From assembly GCA_963841905.1 (NCBI GenBank), contig CAWJEM010000011.1, positions 4,064-68,063 of the forward strand: DNA of 64,000 bases, given 5' to 3'. Of this stretch, positions 8,796 through 18,365 are shown piece after piece (the first letter of the stretch is position 1; each line of letters starts with the position of its first letter). The position numbers were made by a program, and so were the translations under genes. The notes under the pieces were generated by a model. It did no database searches and was not told where the DNA came from. It saw only the letters and a list, made by a program, of their open reading frames with translations. The DNA comes from an uncultured Acidobacteriota bacterium. Lineage in GTDB: Bacteria; Acidobacteriota; Vicinamibacteria; Vicinamibacterales; UBA2999.

Positions 8796-11651
8796 TCACC
8801 AATCGAACTTCGCGCCGAACCGAACGATCCGCGGCGGCACGATGTTGGACGGCCGCAGGAAGTTGCTCCCCGAGGCCAAAGTGATGTTCTGCTCCCCGTT
8901 GTTGTTGAACATGTTGAACACGTCGAAGAATCCCGCCAGGGTGCGGCTGCCACCCAGACGAATCATTTTCTCGACGCGGAGATCGAGGAGCGTGATGTTG
9001 TCCTGACGTATCGTCCCGAGTGGCTCGGCCAGGATGCGCTGCGTGCCAAAGGGCGGGCCGAAGTTGAACTGGAACGTCCGGCCCTGCGGCTGGCCGGACT
9101 GGTGCCGCAGGATGGGCGTCATCTTGATGTTCCACCACGGCGTGTCCCACGTGCCGTGCAGCTTGGCCTGCCACGTCGTGAAATGGTGCCGGCCGTCGAT
9201 GGTATTGATTTCGTCGTTCGGCGTGACCCGAAGATCGTTCTGCTTCACCGTGTTGCCGAAGTAGGCGTTCTCGAACTCCCTCACCCAGGTGTGCGCGAAA
9301 CTCGCCAGCAACGACCAGCGATTGCTGAAGCGCTTGGTGCCAGTGATTTCCCACGTGTAGAAGTCACTGTCGGAATCCGGAATGTTTTTCTGCACGTTGG
9401 CCGCCGGAAGGTTGAACCCTGCCGGCAGGTTGTACCCCTGAATCGGCGCGCCATCGTCAGCATTCCCGCGGGTGTTGTCAGGTCCGAGATCGGGAATCGT
9501 CACGGGGACCGTGTACGCGCTGTACGGACGGTTGACGTCGACGCGCTCGTAGCGCTGCCGCTGACCGCGCCACACCAAGCCGGTCCGTACGCCGAAGTTC
9601 GTCACCAGCTCGCGCTCGAACCACACGGCTGCTTCTCTGGTAAAGGTGTCTTCGAGATCCGGGTCCAGCGATTCGCTCGCCGCGCCGCCGGAGCGCTCGA
9701 TAATCGTCGATCCCTCCTCGCCCGGATCCCAGATGCCGTTGCCGTTCGGGTCGGTCCACGCATATCGCTTGAACCAGCCGCCATTGCGATTCGGGCTGAC
9801 GTTGAACCCAAAGTCGGCTCCCGGGTTCCACCAATACTGTCCGTAATTGAGTTTGACGATCGTCTTGCCGTTGCCCGTGATGTCGTAGGTGAACCCGGCG
9901 CGCGGTGAGACGAGGTTCCAGTTGATCACTTCGTCGACGGCAGCGAAGGTCTGCGGCGTCGGATTGAACCGGCTGACCGGATGCTCCTGTTCGGGGAGGT
10001 AGCCGACGTACTTATCGAAGCGAAGTCCAACGTTGACGGTGAGCCGATTGTTCATCCGCCACGTGTCGTTGACGAACCCCGCGTAGGTCCACAAACCGGT
10101 GATCCCTTCCCCCGGTTCGAAGAGATACACGTCAGTTGGCCTGCCGTTGTCCAGGCGATGCACCACGTCGTTCGGATAACCGTCAATCCAGGTGTCGACC
10201 GTTGTCTCGCGGAACATCTCGCCGCCGACTTTGAAGTTGTGGTTGCCGCCCCAGCCGTCTTTGAAGTAGCTCAACGTGCCGAGTACTTGATTGCGGCGCC
10301 GATCGCGATTCCAGTCGCGATTGCCGCCGGTGATGATGTTGTTCCCGGTGTCCTCGAACCGCGGACCGGTGCCATTGGGATGATTCGGCCAGTTGTAGCC
10401 AAACTGCCCGGCGCGAACTTCGAAGAACGTCTTATCGTTGATGACCGAATTCCATTCGCCCTTCCAGACCCAGCCCCAATACAACTGCTCCCACGTCGAG
10501 TCCTCGTTGACGTTGATGCCGGTCGTGTTGCCGAGCAGGAACGAGTCTTGTCGCAGCGGCTGATGCTTCCGGCCGGCCTGGGCATAACCGATCAGCTTGT
10601 TGTTTTCGCTGAGATTGTAGGTTCCCTTGCCACCGTAGTTGGTCAGCTGTGTCGGGTGAGGCTTGACCGGAAAGTTGGGGATTCTCGCGGCGACATACTG
10701 GTCGCGGAACGATCCGTACCACCACAGGCGATCCCGTATCACGCGGCCGCCGGCGCCCACGTTGACGTCGTGGTACTTGTGCAGCCGATTCAGGTCGCTT
10801 GGCTCCAGGCCGCCAGATGCCGTCAAACCGCGATTGATTTGATCCTGGTCGGTGTTACGCGACTGAATGCTCTCGTTCTCGTAGTCGCCGTAGAACGTCC
10901 CGTGGAAGTCGTTGCCCCCAGACTTGCTGATGAAGTTGGATTGAACGCCCGGCCATGGCATCTCGGCGCTGTGCGCCGCCGCATTGACCGCCACTTCATC
11001 AAACGACCCGTAGTCGTAGTAAAAACCCGCGGCATCGGTGCCCTCTGTCGCGACGATTCCCTCGACCGTGGGCCGGTTCTGACCAGACGTGCCATACGTG
11101 ACGTACCCCGTCTGTGTGCCAGCCGCGCTGCCACCGACGTCGATACGGTTCATCTGGACGCCAGGCGATTCAGCCAGGATGGCCCACAGGTCGCGCGCGC
11201 TCGGCAGGTTCGCCAGCTGCTTGGCGTCGAAGTTGGTGGTGATGGTGGTCGATTGAGTGTCAACCACCGGTGACTCGCCCGTGACCGTGACGCTTTCCTG
11301 CAGCGTCGCGACACCAAGCTCGACGTTCACGGTGGCCGTGAAGCCGAGGGTGACGCGGATTTCGTCACGCCGGACCGTGCCGAATCCAGAGAGCTCGTAG
11401 GTCAGCTGATAGACCCCTGGGGGAATTGCGGGAAAGCGATACTGTCCGTCGCCGGTCGTGACGGCGGTGCGAGTGCCCATCATCGATGGACTCGCAAGCG
11501 TGACGGTCACGCCGGGCAGGATCGCACCCGTGTTATCGGTCACACGACCATTGATTGCGCCGGTCGTTGCACTCACGGCTTGCGCCGCCGCAACAGACGT
11601 GGACAGAAGAAGGAGCGAAAGTGGTAGCGCGAGGAACCGAACCGAGGACAT
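8796..11651 (-). CDS. TonB-dependent-receptor-like outer-membrane protein with a CarboxypepD_reg domain (intact)
   Basis: The signal peptide MSSVRFLALPLSLLLLSTSVAAAQA follows an AAGGGAGG RBS. The protein contains GRVTDNTGAILPGVTVTL..GQYRFPAIPPGVYQL and ends in the barrel terminus ..RFGAKFDW. Confidence 0.85.
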   Translation of the reverse strand: MSSVRFLALPLSLLLLSTSVAAAQAVSATTGAINGRVTDNTGAILPGVTVTLASPSMMGTRTAVTTGDGQYRFPAIPPGVYQLTYELSGFGTVRRDEIRVTLGFTATVNVELGVATLQESVTVTGESPVVDTQSTTITTNFDAKQLANLPSARDLWAILAESPGVQMNRIDVGGSAAGTQTGYVTYGTSGQNRPTVEGIVATEGTDAAGFYYDYGSFDEVAVNAAAHSAEMPWPGVQSNFISKSGGNDFHGTFYGDYENESIQSRNTDQDQINRGLTASGGLEPSDLNRLHKYHDVNVGAGGRVIRDRLWWYGSFRDQYVAARIPNFPVKPHPTQLTNYGGKGTYNLSENNKLIGYAQAGRKHQPLRQDSFLLGNTTGINVNEDSTWEQLYWGWVWKGEWNSVINDKTFFEVRAGQFGYNWPNHPNGTGPRFEDTGNNIITGGNRDWNRDRRRNQVLGTLSYFKDGWGGNHNFKVGGEMFRETTVDTWIDGYPNDVVHRLDNGRPTDVYLFEPGEGITGLWTYAGFVNDTWRMNNRLTVNVGLRFDKYVGYLPEQEHPVSRFNPTPQTFAAVDEVINWNLVSPRAGFTYDITGNGKTIVKLNYGQYWWNPGADFGFNVSPNRNGGWFKRYAWTDPNGNGIWDPGEEGSTIIERSGGAASESLDPDLEDTFTREAAVWFERELVTNFGVRTGLVWRGQRQRYERVDVNRPYSAYTVPVTIPDLGPDNTRGNADDGAPIQGYNLPAGFNLPAANVQKNIPDSDSDFYTWEITGTKRFSNRWSLLASFAHTWVREFENAYFGNTVKQNDLRVTPNDEINTIDGRHHFTTWQAKLHGTWDTPWWNIKMTPILRHQSGQPQGRTFQFNFGPPFGTQRILAEPLGTIRQDNITLLDLRVEKMIRLGGSRTLAGFFDVFNMFNNNGEQNITLASGSNFLRPSNIVPPRIVRFGAKFDW

Positions 11652-11789
11652 GCCGCCTCCCTTCATCCGTTAGGACCCTCGCTGTTCGAGGGTCGAAGAA
11701 AGAACCGGATGTGAACCGCAACACGAACGCCGAACGCCGAAAGTAACAGGGCTCGCCGCGCGGTACGAAGACGAAATGGAAGGCGTGAT

Positions 11790-11795
11790 TATAAT
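11790..11795 (+). promoter_or_regulatory. Candidate -10 box TATAAT for the amidohydrolase gene
   Basis: gTGatTATAAT lies 20 nt upstream of the ATG at 11816. No clear -35 element was seen. Confidence 0.3.
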
Positions 11796-11815
11796 CCCGA
11801 ACCTCGGGGGTCATC

Positions 11816-13543
11816 ATGAGAAGAATTACGCGTGGCGAGTTTCTTGGCTTCGGTGCGGCGCTGGCTGGAGGCATTGGCGCAGCGGCCACCCGAACCGAGA
11901 CGTTTGGTGCCAACGTCGCAGCTCAGTCTCCACCTGGCGGCCCGGCCGCTGAGCCGGACCTGGTCGTAATCAATGCCCGGGTCTACACAGTCGACCAAGC
12001 TCTGCCCCGCGCCGAGGCGTTTGCTGTACGGAACGGCCGGTTCGCCGCCGTTGGCTCAACGGCCGACGTCCGAAATCTGGCAAGTGCGCGCACGCGCGTC
12101 ATCGATGCTCAACAGGCTACGGTCACTCCCGGATTCATCGATACGCACTGTCATGTGAGCGGTGTCAACGAGCTTTACAGTGTCAATGCCAACGTCCGGC
12201 GAGTGCGCGAGCTGCTGGGCAACCTTCGGCAGAAAGCGGACAAGACACCTTCCGGCCAGTGGGTGAGCGCGGTCATGTTCGACGACACCAAGCTCGATGT
12301 TCCCCTCACACGCCAGCATCTAGACGAGGTTTCACGGGAGCATCCGATCGTCGTTGGTCATCGGGGCGGACACACCAGCTGGTACAACTCGAAGGCGTTC
12401 GAACTGGCGGGCATCTCGAAGAGCACGCCCGATCCCGATCACGGCCGCTTCTTTCGCGATTCACAAGGCGAGCTGACCGGACGCGTCGCCGAGCTGGCCC
12501 GCAACGTCTTCAGCAAGGTCGGAACCCGCGAAACCTTCACGCCCGAACAAGAACGCGAACGCGCACGAAACGGGATGCGTCACATCTCGGAGCTCCTCAC
12601 CGCCGCCGGTCTGACCTCGGTCCACGATGCCGGCGCCGATCGGGATCGGATCGTGGCGTACGAGGACGCGCGGACGAACGGCGAGCTGCGTCATCGCGCC
12701 TGTTTTCTCGTTCGCGGAAACTCGACATTTTCGGGATTCAAGGCCGCTGGTATTCACTACGGCTTCGGTGACGAGTGGATTCGCGTCGGCGGCGTCAAGT
12801 ACGGCGCCGACGGCTCGGCGTCGGAGCGCACGATGCGAATGAGCACTCCCTACGTCGGCACCAACGACTACGGCATCCTGACGATGACGCAGGCGGAGAT
12901 TGACGAGGCCGTCGAGGACGCGCATCGGCACAACTTCAGGGTCGCCATTCACGCCAACGGCGACGTCACGATCGACATGGTCCTCCAGGCCTACGAGCGG
13001 GTTTTGGCAAAGTTCCCGCGACCAGACACGCGCCACCGTATTGAACACTGCTCGCTGGTCAATCCCGACCTGCTTCGCCGCATCAATGCGCTTGGCGCCA
13101 TTCCAACACCCTTCTGGACCTACGCGCACTATCACGGGGAGAAGTGGAAGGAATACGGGCCCGAGAAGATGCAGTGGATGTTCGCCCACAAGTCGTTTCT
13201 CGAGACGGGCATCCCCGTTCCCGGGGCCTCCGACTACGGCCCGGGTCCCTTCGAACCGTTGATGGCTATCCAGAGCATGGTCACGCGCAAGGACTACAAC
13301 GGCAACGTCTGGGGGGCCCGACAGCGCGTGACCGTCGACGAAGCGTTGACCATCGCAACCAGACACGGCGCGTTTGCCTCACATGAGGAGCACGTGAAAG
13401 GATCGATCACGGCCGGAAAACTCGCCGATTTCGTGATGCTTGAACGCGACCCCCACGACGTCGACCCCGATACGATCAAGGACATCAAGGTCGTCCGAAC
13501 AGTGGTGGGAGGCCGGACGGTTTTCCCCAAGTCGGAATCCTGA
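11816..13543 (+). CDS. Amidohydrolase family protein (Amidohydro_3-like) with a Tat-type signal
   Basis: 575 aa. The N-terminus is MRRITRGEFLGFGAALAGG. Metal-binding motifs PGFIDTHCHVSG and VAIHANGD are present. Confidence 0.8.
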   Translation: MRRITRGEFLGFGAALAGGIGAAATRTETFGANVAAQSPPGGPAAEPDLVVINARVYTVDQALPRAEAFAVRNGRFAAVGSTADVRNLASARTRVIDAQQATVTPGFIDTHCHVSGVNELYSVNANVRRVRELLGNLRQKADKTPSGQWVSAVMFDDTKLDVPLTRQHLDEVSREHPIVVGHRGGHTSWYNSKAFELAGISKSTPDPDHGRFFRDSQGELTGRVAELARNVFSKVGTRETFTPEQERERARNGMRHISELLTAAGLTSVHDAGADRDRIVAYEDARTNGELRHRACFLVRGNSTFSGFKAAGIHYGFGDEWIRVGGVKYGADGSASERTMRMSTPYVGTNDYGILTMTQAEIDEAVEDAHRHNFRVAIHANGDVTIDMVLQAYERVLAKFPRPDTRHRIEHCSLVNPDLLRRINALGAIPTPFWTYAHYHGEKWKEYGPEKMQWMFAHKSFLETGIPVPGASDYGPGPFEPLMAIQSMVTRKDYNGNVWGARQRVTVDEALTIATRHGAFASHEEHVKGSITAGKLADFVMLERDPHDVDPDTIKDIKVVRTVVGGRTVFPKSES

Positions 13544-13545
13544 TC

Positions 13546-13663
13546 AAAGTTCCGGTTCACGGTTCCAAGGTTCCAAGGTTCCAACGTTCAATGGTGCTCG
13601 GCCAAGATTCGGAACCCTGGAACTTGAACTTTGGAACTCTGGAACCGTGGAACTTTGGAACCC
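13546..13663. repeat. Word array W-D: GTTCC arm (4 copies plus 2 degenerate) and GGAAC arm (6 copies plus 1 degenerate)
   Basis: GTTCC starts at 13549, 13562, 13570 and 13578. GGAAC starts at 13611, 13619, 13633, 13641, 13649 and 13657. The array begins 3 nt after the stop at 13541-13543. Confidence 0.9.
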
Positions 13664-13742
13664 ACTTGCGTTTCACCGTAGTCCAGCCTAGGCTTGTGCC
13701 GCTACCGGCCGTGACCTGCGAGCAGAGTGACGGCCCGCCCAC

Positions 13743-14231
13743 ATGAGCGATCGCAAGTACAAGCAGCGCGGTTATCAGGACGATGACCGCGATCGTCGGC
13801 CACCGCGGCAAGACGGTCAAGCGGGTGGACAGACGCAGGCTCGCCCCGAGCGTCTGCCGGGTGCACCCGCTGGCGCGCGGCGGATTTCGTCCGAAGGGGC
13901 CAAGAACCCCAACATGCCAGGCTTTCGCGAGGTGGCTCGCTGCTCGCGCTGCGGTGCGTTGGTCGACGCGCAGATCTTCTCGCGGAGCAAGTGCGCCAAG
14001 TGCGCTCAGGACTTGCGTTCTTGCGCACAGTGCGTGCATTTCGATCCGGGGGCGCGACTGGAATGCACGCAGCCCATTGTGGCGCGAGTTTCGCCCAAGG
14101 ATGCGGCCAACGAATGCACGTTTTTTTCGCCACGCACCTCGTGGGAGCGCGAGACCTCATCCGCCGTCAGCAGCAAGCCGTCTGAGCCATCCGGCGCGAA
14201 GAAGGCGTTCGACGACCTCTTCAAGTTCTAG
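13743..14231 (+). CDS. Hypothetical Cys-rich (zinc-ribbon-like) protein with a charged, disordered N-terminus
   Basis: 162 aa containing CSRCG..CAKCAQDLRSCAQCVHF..C..C. No family was recognised. Confidence 0.55.
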   Translation: MSDRKYKQRGYQDDDRDRRPPRQDGQAGGQTQARPERLPGAPAGARRISSEGAKNPNMPGFREVARCSRCGALVDAQIFSRSKCAKCAQDLRSCAQCVHFDPGARLECTQPIVARVSPKDAANECTFFSPRTSWERETSSAVSSKPSEPSGAKKAFDDLFKF

Positions 14232-14257
14232 CGTCCCGCCGGTCATACAATCAATGT

Positions 14258-14926
14258 ATGGCTCTGTTGTCGGCACACGACGAGCAAACCCTCACACAGC
14301 ACCTGGCGACAATCGACACGCCGGTCACGCTGCTCCTGTTCACGCAAGCGATCGGCGGATCGGAGACCGGACCGGTCGCCAAGCAGATTCTGACCGAGGT
14401 TGCGCGCCTCAACGACAAGATCACGGTTGAGGAAAAGAGCTTCGTGCTCGACCTCGAGGAACGCTCCAAATACGGCGTGGACAAGGCGCCTGCAATCGTC
14501 ATCCTCCGCGACGGTCAAGACACGCGCATGCGAATGTACGGAGCCCCCACGGGATACGAGTTCGTGGGTCTGATCGAAGCCGTTCACATGGCCGGTAGCG
14601 GCAAGGTCGATCTCGCGCCGACCACACTCGCACTCGTCGCCAAGGTTGACACGCCGACCAATATTCAGGTCTTCAGCACCCCCACCTGACCTCATTGTCC
14701 CAGGGCGGTCGTCCTGGCGCATCAGATGGCATTCTCGAACCCGGTGATCACATCGGCCGCGATCGAAGCTACCGAGTTCATGGATCTCACACGCAGGTAT
14801 CGAGTGTCTGGCGTCCCCAAGACGATCGTCAACGACACCGTGGAGATCATGGGTGCGCTTCCTGAAGAAATGTTCGTGCGCGCAGTGCTGCAATTGCCGG
14901 ATGAAGACGAACCCGCCCCAGCCTGA
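14258..14926 (+). CDS. Two-domain thioredoxin-fold protein disulfide oxidoreductase (PDO/glutaredoxin-like) with in-frame TGA (14687-14689), read as selenocysteine in a U-P-H-C redox motif
   Basis: ORFs 14258..14689 and 14726..14926 share one frame and are separated only by a TGA. The joined sequence is ..IQVFSTPT-U-PHCPRAVVLAHQMAFSNPVITSAAIEATEFMDLTRRYRVSGVPKTIVN. The joined length of 222 aa is typical for the family. Confidence 0.75.
14696..14721 (+). promoter_or_regulatory. Candidate SECIS-like hairpin downstream of the TGA at 14687
   Basis: The stem is tgtcCCAGG-gcggtcgt-CCTGGcgca: a 5-bp core plus 3 outer pairs, with an 8-nt G-rich loop. It starts 7 nt after the TGA. Confidence 0.45.
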
Positions 14927-14936
14927 GGAGGCGCGC

Positions 14937-15836
14937 GTGAGATCGACCATAGCGGCCCGTTCGATCGTCTGCCTGTTCGGCATCGTCGTCACCGGCCTGG
15001 CCATGCCGGAGGCGCGCCAAGGCAAGAAGGTCTACATCTCGGTGGACATGGAGGGGATCAGCGGCGTCAACGGTGACGATCAAACCGCGGCGGGCCAGCC
15101 GGAATACGGCCGGGCGCGCAAACTGATGGCCGAGGACGCCAATGCCGCGATTCGTGGTGCTTTCGACGGCGGTGCAACTGATGTCCTGGTGAACGATTCC
15201 CACGGCAGCCAGCGGAACCTCTTGCCGGAAGATCTCGACCCTCGGGCGCGTCTCATCAGTCACAGCTTCAAGCGCCACGGCATGATGGAGGGGCTCGACG
15301 AGACGTTCGATGCCGTGATCTTTGTCGGCTATCACGCGAAAGCGGATGCCCCGCGAGGGCTCTTCGCCCACACCGGTTCGGGCGTCGTCCGTGACCTTCA
15401 GATCAATGGGCGCTCGGTTGGCGAGGGAGGGATGAACGCGGCTTTCGCCGCATGGTACGGCGTGCCGGTCGTCGTCGTCAGCGGCGACGACGTCGCCGTT
15501 GCGGAGGTCAAGGAATCGGTGCCGAACGTGCGCACTGTGACGGTCAAGCGCGCGATCAACATCCGGGCCGTCGAGCTGAAGCCGCTCCCGACGGCGCGGC
15601 GCGAGATCCAGGACGCCGCACGTGATGGCGTTGCAGGCGCAAAGAAAACGCCTCCCGAGCGCCAGGGGCCGTTCAAGGTCGTTCTGCGGTATCGAAACTT
15701 CACGTTCCCGGAAGTCGCGACAGCGTTTCGCGAAATCGAGCGCGTGGGACCCGATACTATCGCCTTCACCCGCGAAACGATGCCCGAGGCGTATCGACTG
15801 ATTCGGGTGCTCTATCGCTTCATCAATCCTGACTAG
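14937..15836 (+). CDS. M55 family D-aminopeptidase (DppA-like)
   Basis: Motifs KVYISVDMEGISGV, VNDSHGS and VGYHA are present. The GTG at 14937, after the upstream stop, is more plausible than the ORF-track start at 14853, which overlaps the preceding gene. Confidence 0.75.
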   Translation: MRSTIAARSIVCLFGIVVTGLAMPEARQGKKVYISVDMEGISGVNGDDQTAAGQPEYGRARKLMAEDANAAIRGAFDGGATDVLVNDSHGSQRNLLPEDLDPRARLISHSFKRHGMMEGLDETFDAVIFVGYHAKADAPRGLFAHTGSGVVRDLQINGRSVGEGGMNAAFAAWYGVPVVVVSGDDVAVAEVKESVPNVRTVTVKRAINIRAVELKPLPTARREIQDAARDGVAGAKKTPPERQGPFKVVLRYRNFTFPEVATAFREIERVGPDTIAFTRETMPEAYRLIRVLYRFINPD

Positions 15837-15865
15837 GCTGTCCTTCTTGGAGCGCTGCTAAAACA

Positions 15866-16327
15866 CTAGGGGCGGCGGACGACTACACGGCCGAAGTCGC
15901 GCCAGGATCCGTCCTTGCCCTGGACGCGGTCGATGATCTCCATCGAATCATCGGGCATCAGTCGATACGTCGTCTCGCCAAGCTCGGTTTCGGGAGTTCC
16001 CCACTTCGCGACAACGCTCTCATCCACCCGACGTGCATCGATGGGCCGGATCATCCCGCTGTTGTCGAACCATGTACCTCGATAGCGGCCGTCGCCGAGC
16101 GCGCGGTAGTACGCGTGGCCCTCGAAACGGCGCGTTGGGCCCATCTGATTGACGAATGTGAGGCGCAGAAACTGCCCGCCGAGCGTCCACTCCCACGTCA
16201 GCTTGACGCTGGCTGGCATCTCGAGGACCGTACCTTCACCCGACCATTGCCCCGCGAACCTGGCAAGTAGTGGATCCGGCACCGGTTGCAGAACGGCGGC
16301 GACGAACAGAGCGAGGAGCTTGCCCAT
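15866..16327 (-). CDS. Hypothetical secreted protein
   Basis: 153 aa with a short N-terminal hydrophobic leader and protein-like composition. No family was recognised with confidence. Confidence 0.5.
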   Translation of the reverse strand: MGKLLALFVAAVLQPVPDPLLARFAGQWSGEGTVLEMPASVKLTWEWTLGGQFLRLTFVNQMGPTRRFEGHAYYRALGDGRYRGTWFDNSGMIRPIDARRVDESVVAKWGTPETELGETTYRLMPDDSMEIIDRVQGKDGSWRDFGRVVVRRP

Positions 16328-16389
16328 AGTGAATCCATGACGATCGGAGGGTTCAGAAATCGACTGGCCGCCGGGCTTTCACATGCCTT

Positions 16390-16848
16390 CTACGGTCGGA
16401 GGCGCGCGTGCTGGAGCCGTGCGACTGTCTCGGGGTCAATCACCGCATCGATCTGGGTCACCGTCGTACCCTTGAAACGAACCGTGAAGTCGACCAGGAC
16501 TTCAGCACGCTCGCCAAGCCCGCGCAGATGACCGGACATCCAGCACTTTCCTGTCACCAGTTGGTGCTGGTTGGTCGCGGCTTCCTCGAGTTCCCCGCGC
16601 TGCAGGTCAGCGTCGGGCATGGCGTGTTGAATCGCTTTGGCGGTGAATCGCACGCCGGCGACTCCGCGGGTGAGCATCAGTACCAGCGGGTCGTCCGGCG
16701 CTCGTCCATGCATTTGTTCGAATGGCACGCCGTTCAGCGACAACTGGGTGTGCCGAGTGAACACGCCGTCGGGCAAGTCAAGGCTCCTTCGATTGAACCG
16801 CTCGATCAACTCGTCGATGAGCGCGGTCACGCGCGGACTGGCAGCCAT
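16390..16848 (-). CDS. Hypothetical protein (small alpha+beta, possibly NTF2/SnoaL-like)
   Basis: The internal ATG at 16848 gives MAASPRVTALIDELIERFN... (152 aa). The longer ORF-track N-terminus overlaps the Nudix gene and looks non-coding. Confidence 0.45.
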   Translation of the reverse strand: MAASPRVTALIDELIERFNRRSLDLPDGVFTRHTQLSLNGVPFEQMHGRAPDDPLVLMLTRGVAGVRFTAKAIQHAMPDADLQRGELEEAATNQHQLVTGKCWMSGHLRGLGERAEVLVDFTVRFKGTTVTQIDAVIDPETVARLQHARLRP

Positions 16849-17567
16849 CGTCCTTCCCTGAGAAGAAATCGCGTGTCTTCGGGAACTTCCCAGCCCTCCA
16901 ATGGCGGATGACTTGGATCGCCCGGCAGCGTCAGCATGGTGCGCTGCTCGTCGCGAAGAAAGGCCGGCTGGACGCGCACGATGCGGAGCGAGTGAGCCCA
17001 TGCTAGCGCCGTCGTCAGCGAGCTGAAGCGAGCGAATTGCTTCAGGGTCGTCCAGGTTGGCGGCGGCAGCATGATCTCGTGCGCCAGGCACCTGGCAATC
17101 GCGTCGTGCGGGGACATCCACAGCAGATCGGTCGTTTCATCCTGGTCGTGCCGCGCCTCCTGGCCGACCGGCACCTCGACCAGAAAGAATCGCGTATCGT
17201 AGCGGCGCGTCTCGACCTCCGGCGTCACCCAGTGCGCAAACGGCACGAGTGCGTCCGGGTTCACGACGACGCTGGCTTCCTCACGCAGTTCGCGAACGGC
17301 TGCCTGCCGAAACACCTGCTCACGCAGCGGTGTCAGGTCGACGAAACGGGTTGAAACTGGTGACGGAGTCGCGGCGGCGGATGCCTCGTCGGTCTCGTCC
17401 ACGCGGCCGCCGGGAAACACGTATGCTCCACCCATGAAAGCGGCCTTCTCATTCCTTCGAACCATCAGAATCTCGAATGGTTCGCGAGACGACGGTCGCG
17501 CCACGACGACCGTGGCCGCCGGCCGCGGGATGGAAACAGGCACCGGATAAGGATATCGTCTACCCAT
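16827..17567 (-). CDS. Nudix hydrolase family protein
   Basis: A Nudix-box-like segment GGRVDE..AAVRELREEASV is present. The likely start is MGRRYPYPVP at 17567, although the GTG at 17543 is also possible. Confidence 0.65.
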   Translation of the reverse strand: MGRRYPYPVPVSIPRPAATVVVARPSSREPFEILMVRRNEKAAFMGGAYVFPGGRVDETDEASAAATPSPVSTRFVDLTPLREQVFRQAAVRELREEASVVVNPDALVPFAHWVTPEVETRRYDTRFFLVEVPVGQEARHDQDETTDLLWMSPHDAIARCLAHEIMLPPPTWTTLKQFARFSSLTTALAWAHSLRIVRVQPAFLRDEQRTMLTLPGDPSHPPLEGWEVPEDTRFLLREGRWLPVRA

Positions 17568-18321
17568 GATCGTCCGCGAGGATTCTGACTCGATTGCCGT
17601 CTTACGGATGGCGCATGGGAAGGTCAGCGCGCTGGACGTGGAGTTTTGCGATGCGCTGGTCGGATCGATCGACGATATCGCACGCGGCCCCAGGCGCGCG
17701 TTGGTGATGACGGGAACGGGGTCGACGTTTTCCGCTGGCGTCGATCTCTTTCGTGTGCTCAATGAGGGGGCGGATTACCTCAGACGTTTTCTCCCAGCGC
17801 TCGAACAGTACTTGCGAACGCTCCTGACATTTCCTAAGCCTGCGATTGCCGCCGTCAATGGTCACGCGATTGCGGGCGGATGCATAGCCGCCGCCGCCTG
17901 CGATCATCGGCTGATGGCGGCTGGACAGGCCCGGATTGGCGTTGCGGAGCTTGCGGTCGGCGTTCCGTTTCCCATGCTGCCTTTCGAGATCGTCAGGGCT
18001 CGCGTGGACCACACCAGGTTTCGGGACCTGGTGTACACCGGCCGTGTCGTGGAACCGGCGGAAGCTGCCCGCGTGGGGTTCGTCGACGAGGTCGTCGAAG
18101 CCACCGCCCTCCTGCCGCGGGCCATCTCGGTCGCCGAGCGCTTGGCGTCCGTACCGCCCAAGACCTTTGAATTGACCAAGCGAACGTTTACGGCACCGGT
18201 TCTCGCCCGGGTGCAGGCGTCGATTGAGCTCAACGCCGAGGTCCTCACCGCGTGGGAAAGTCCAATCGTCCAGTATCGCGTCCGCGAATATCTCGAGCAG
18301 ACGCTCGGGAAGTCGCGGTGA
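17566..18321 (+). CDS. Enoyl-CoA hydratase/isomerase (crotonase) family protein
   Basis: 251 aa with TGTGSTFSAGVDL and AAVNGHAIAGG motifs. Confidence 0.8.
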   Translation: MIVREDSDSIAVLRMAHGKVSALDVEFCDALVGSIDDIARGPRRALVMTGTGSTFSAGVDLFRVLNEGADYLRRFLPALEQYLRTLLTFPKPAIAAVNGHAIAGGCIAAAACDHRLMAAGQARIGVAELAVGVPFPMLPFEIVRARVDHTRFRDLVYTGRVVEPAEAARVGFVDEVVEATALLPRAISVAERLASVPPKTFELTKRTFTAPVLARVQASIELNAEVLTAWESPIVQYRVREYLEQTLGKSR

Positions 18322-18365
18322 CGTCGAATGTCATCGCTTAGCCGAGAACGTTCGTGCGGGCAAGC

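Noticed and set aside
17565-17568. Overlapping divergent start codons (CATG) of the Nudix and enoyl-CoA hydratase genes as a notable regulatory arrangement.
   Set aside because: The Nudix start is not secure; a GTG at 17543 is equally plausible. It is mentioned only in passing under the serS/galU finding.
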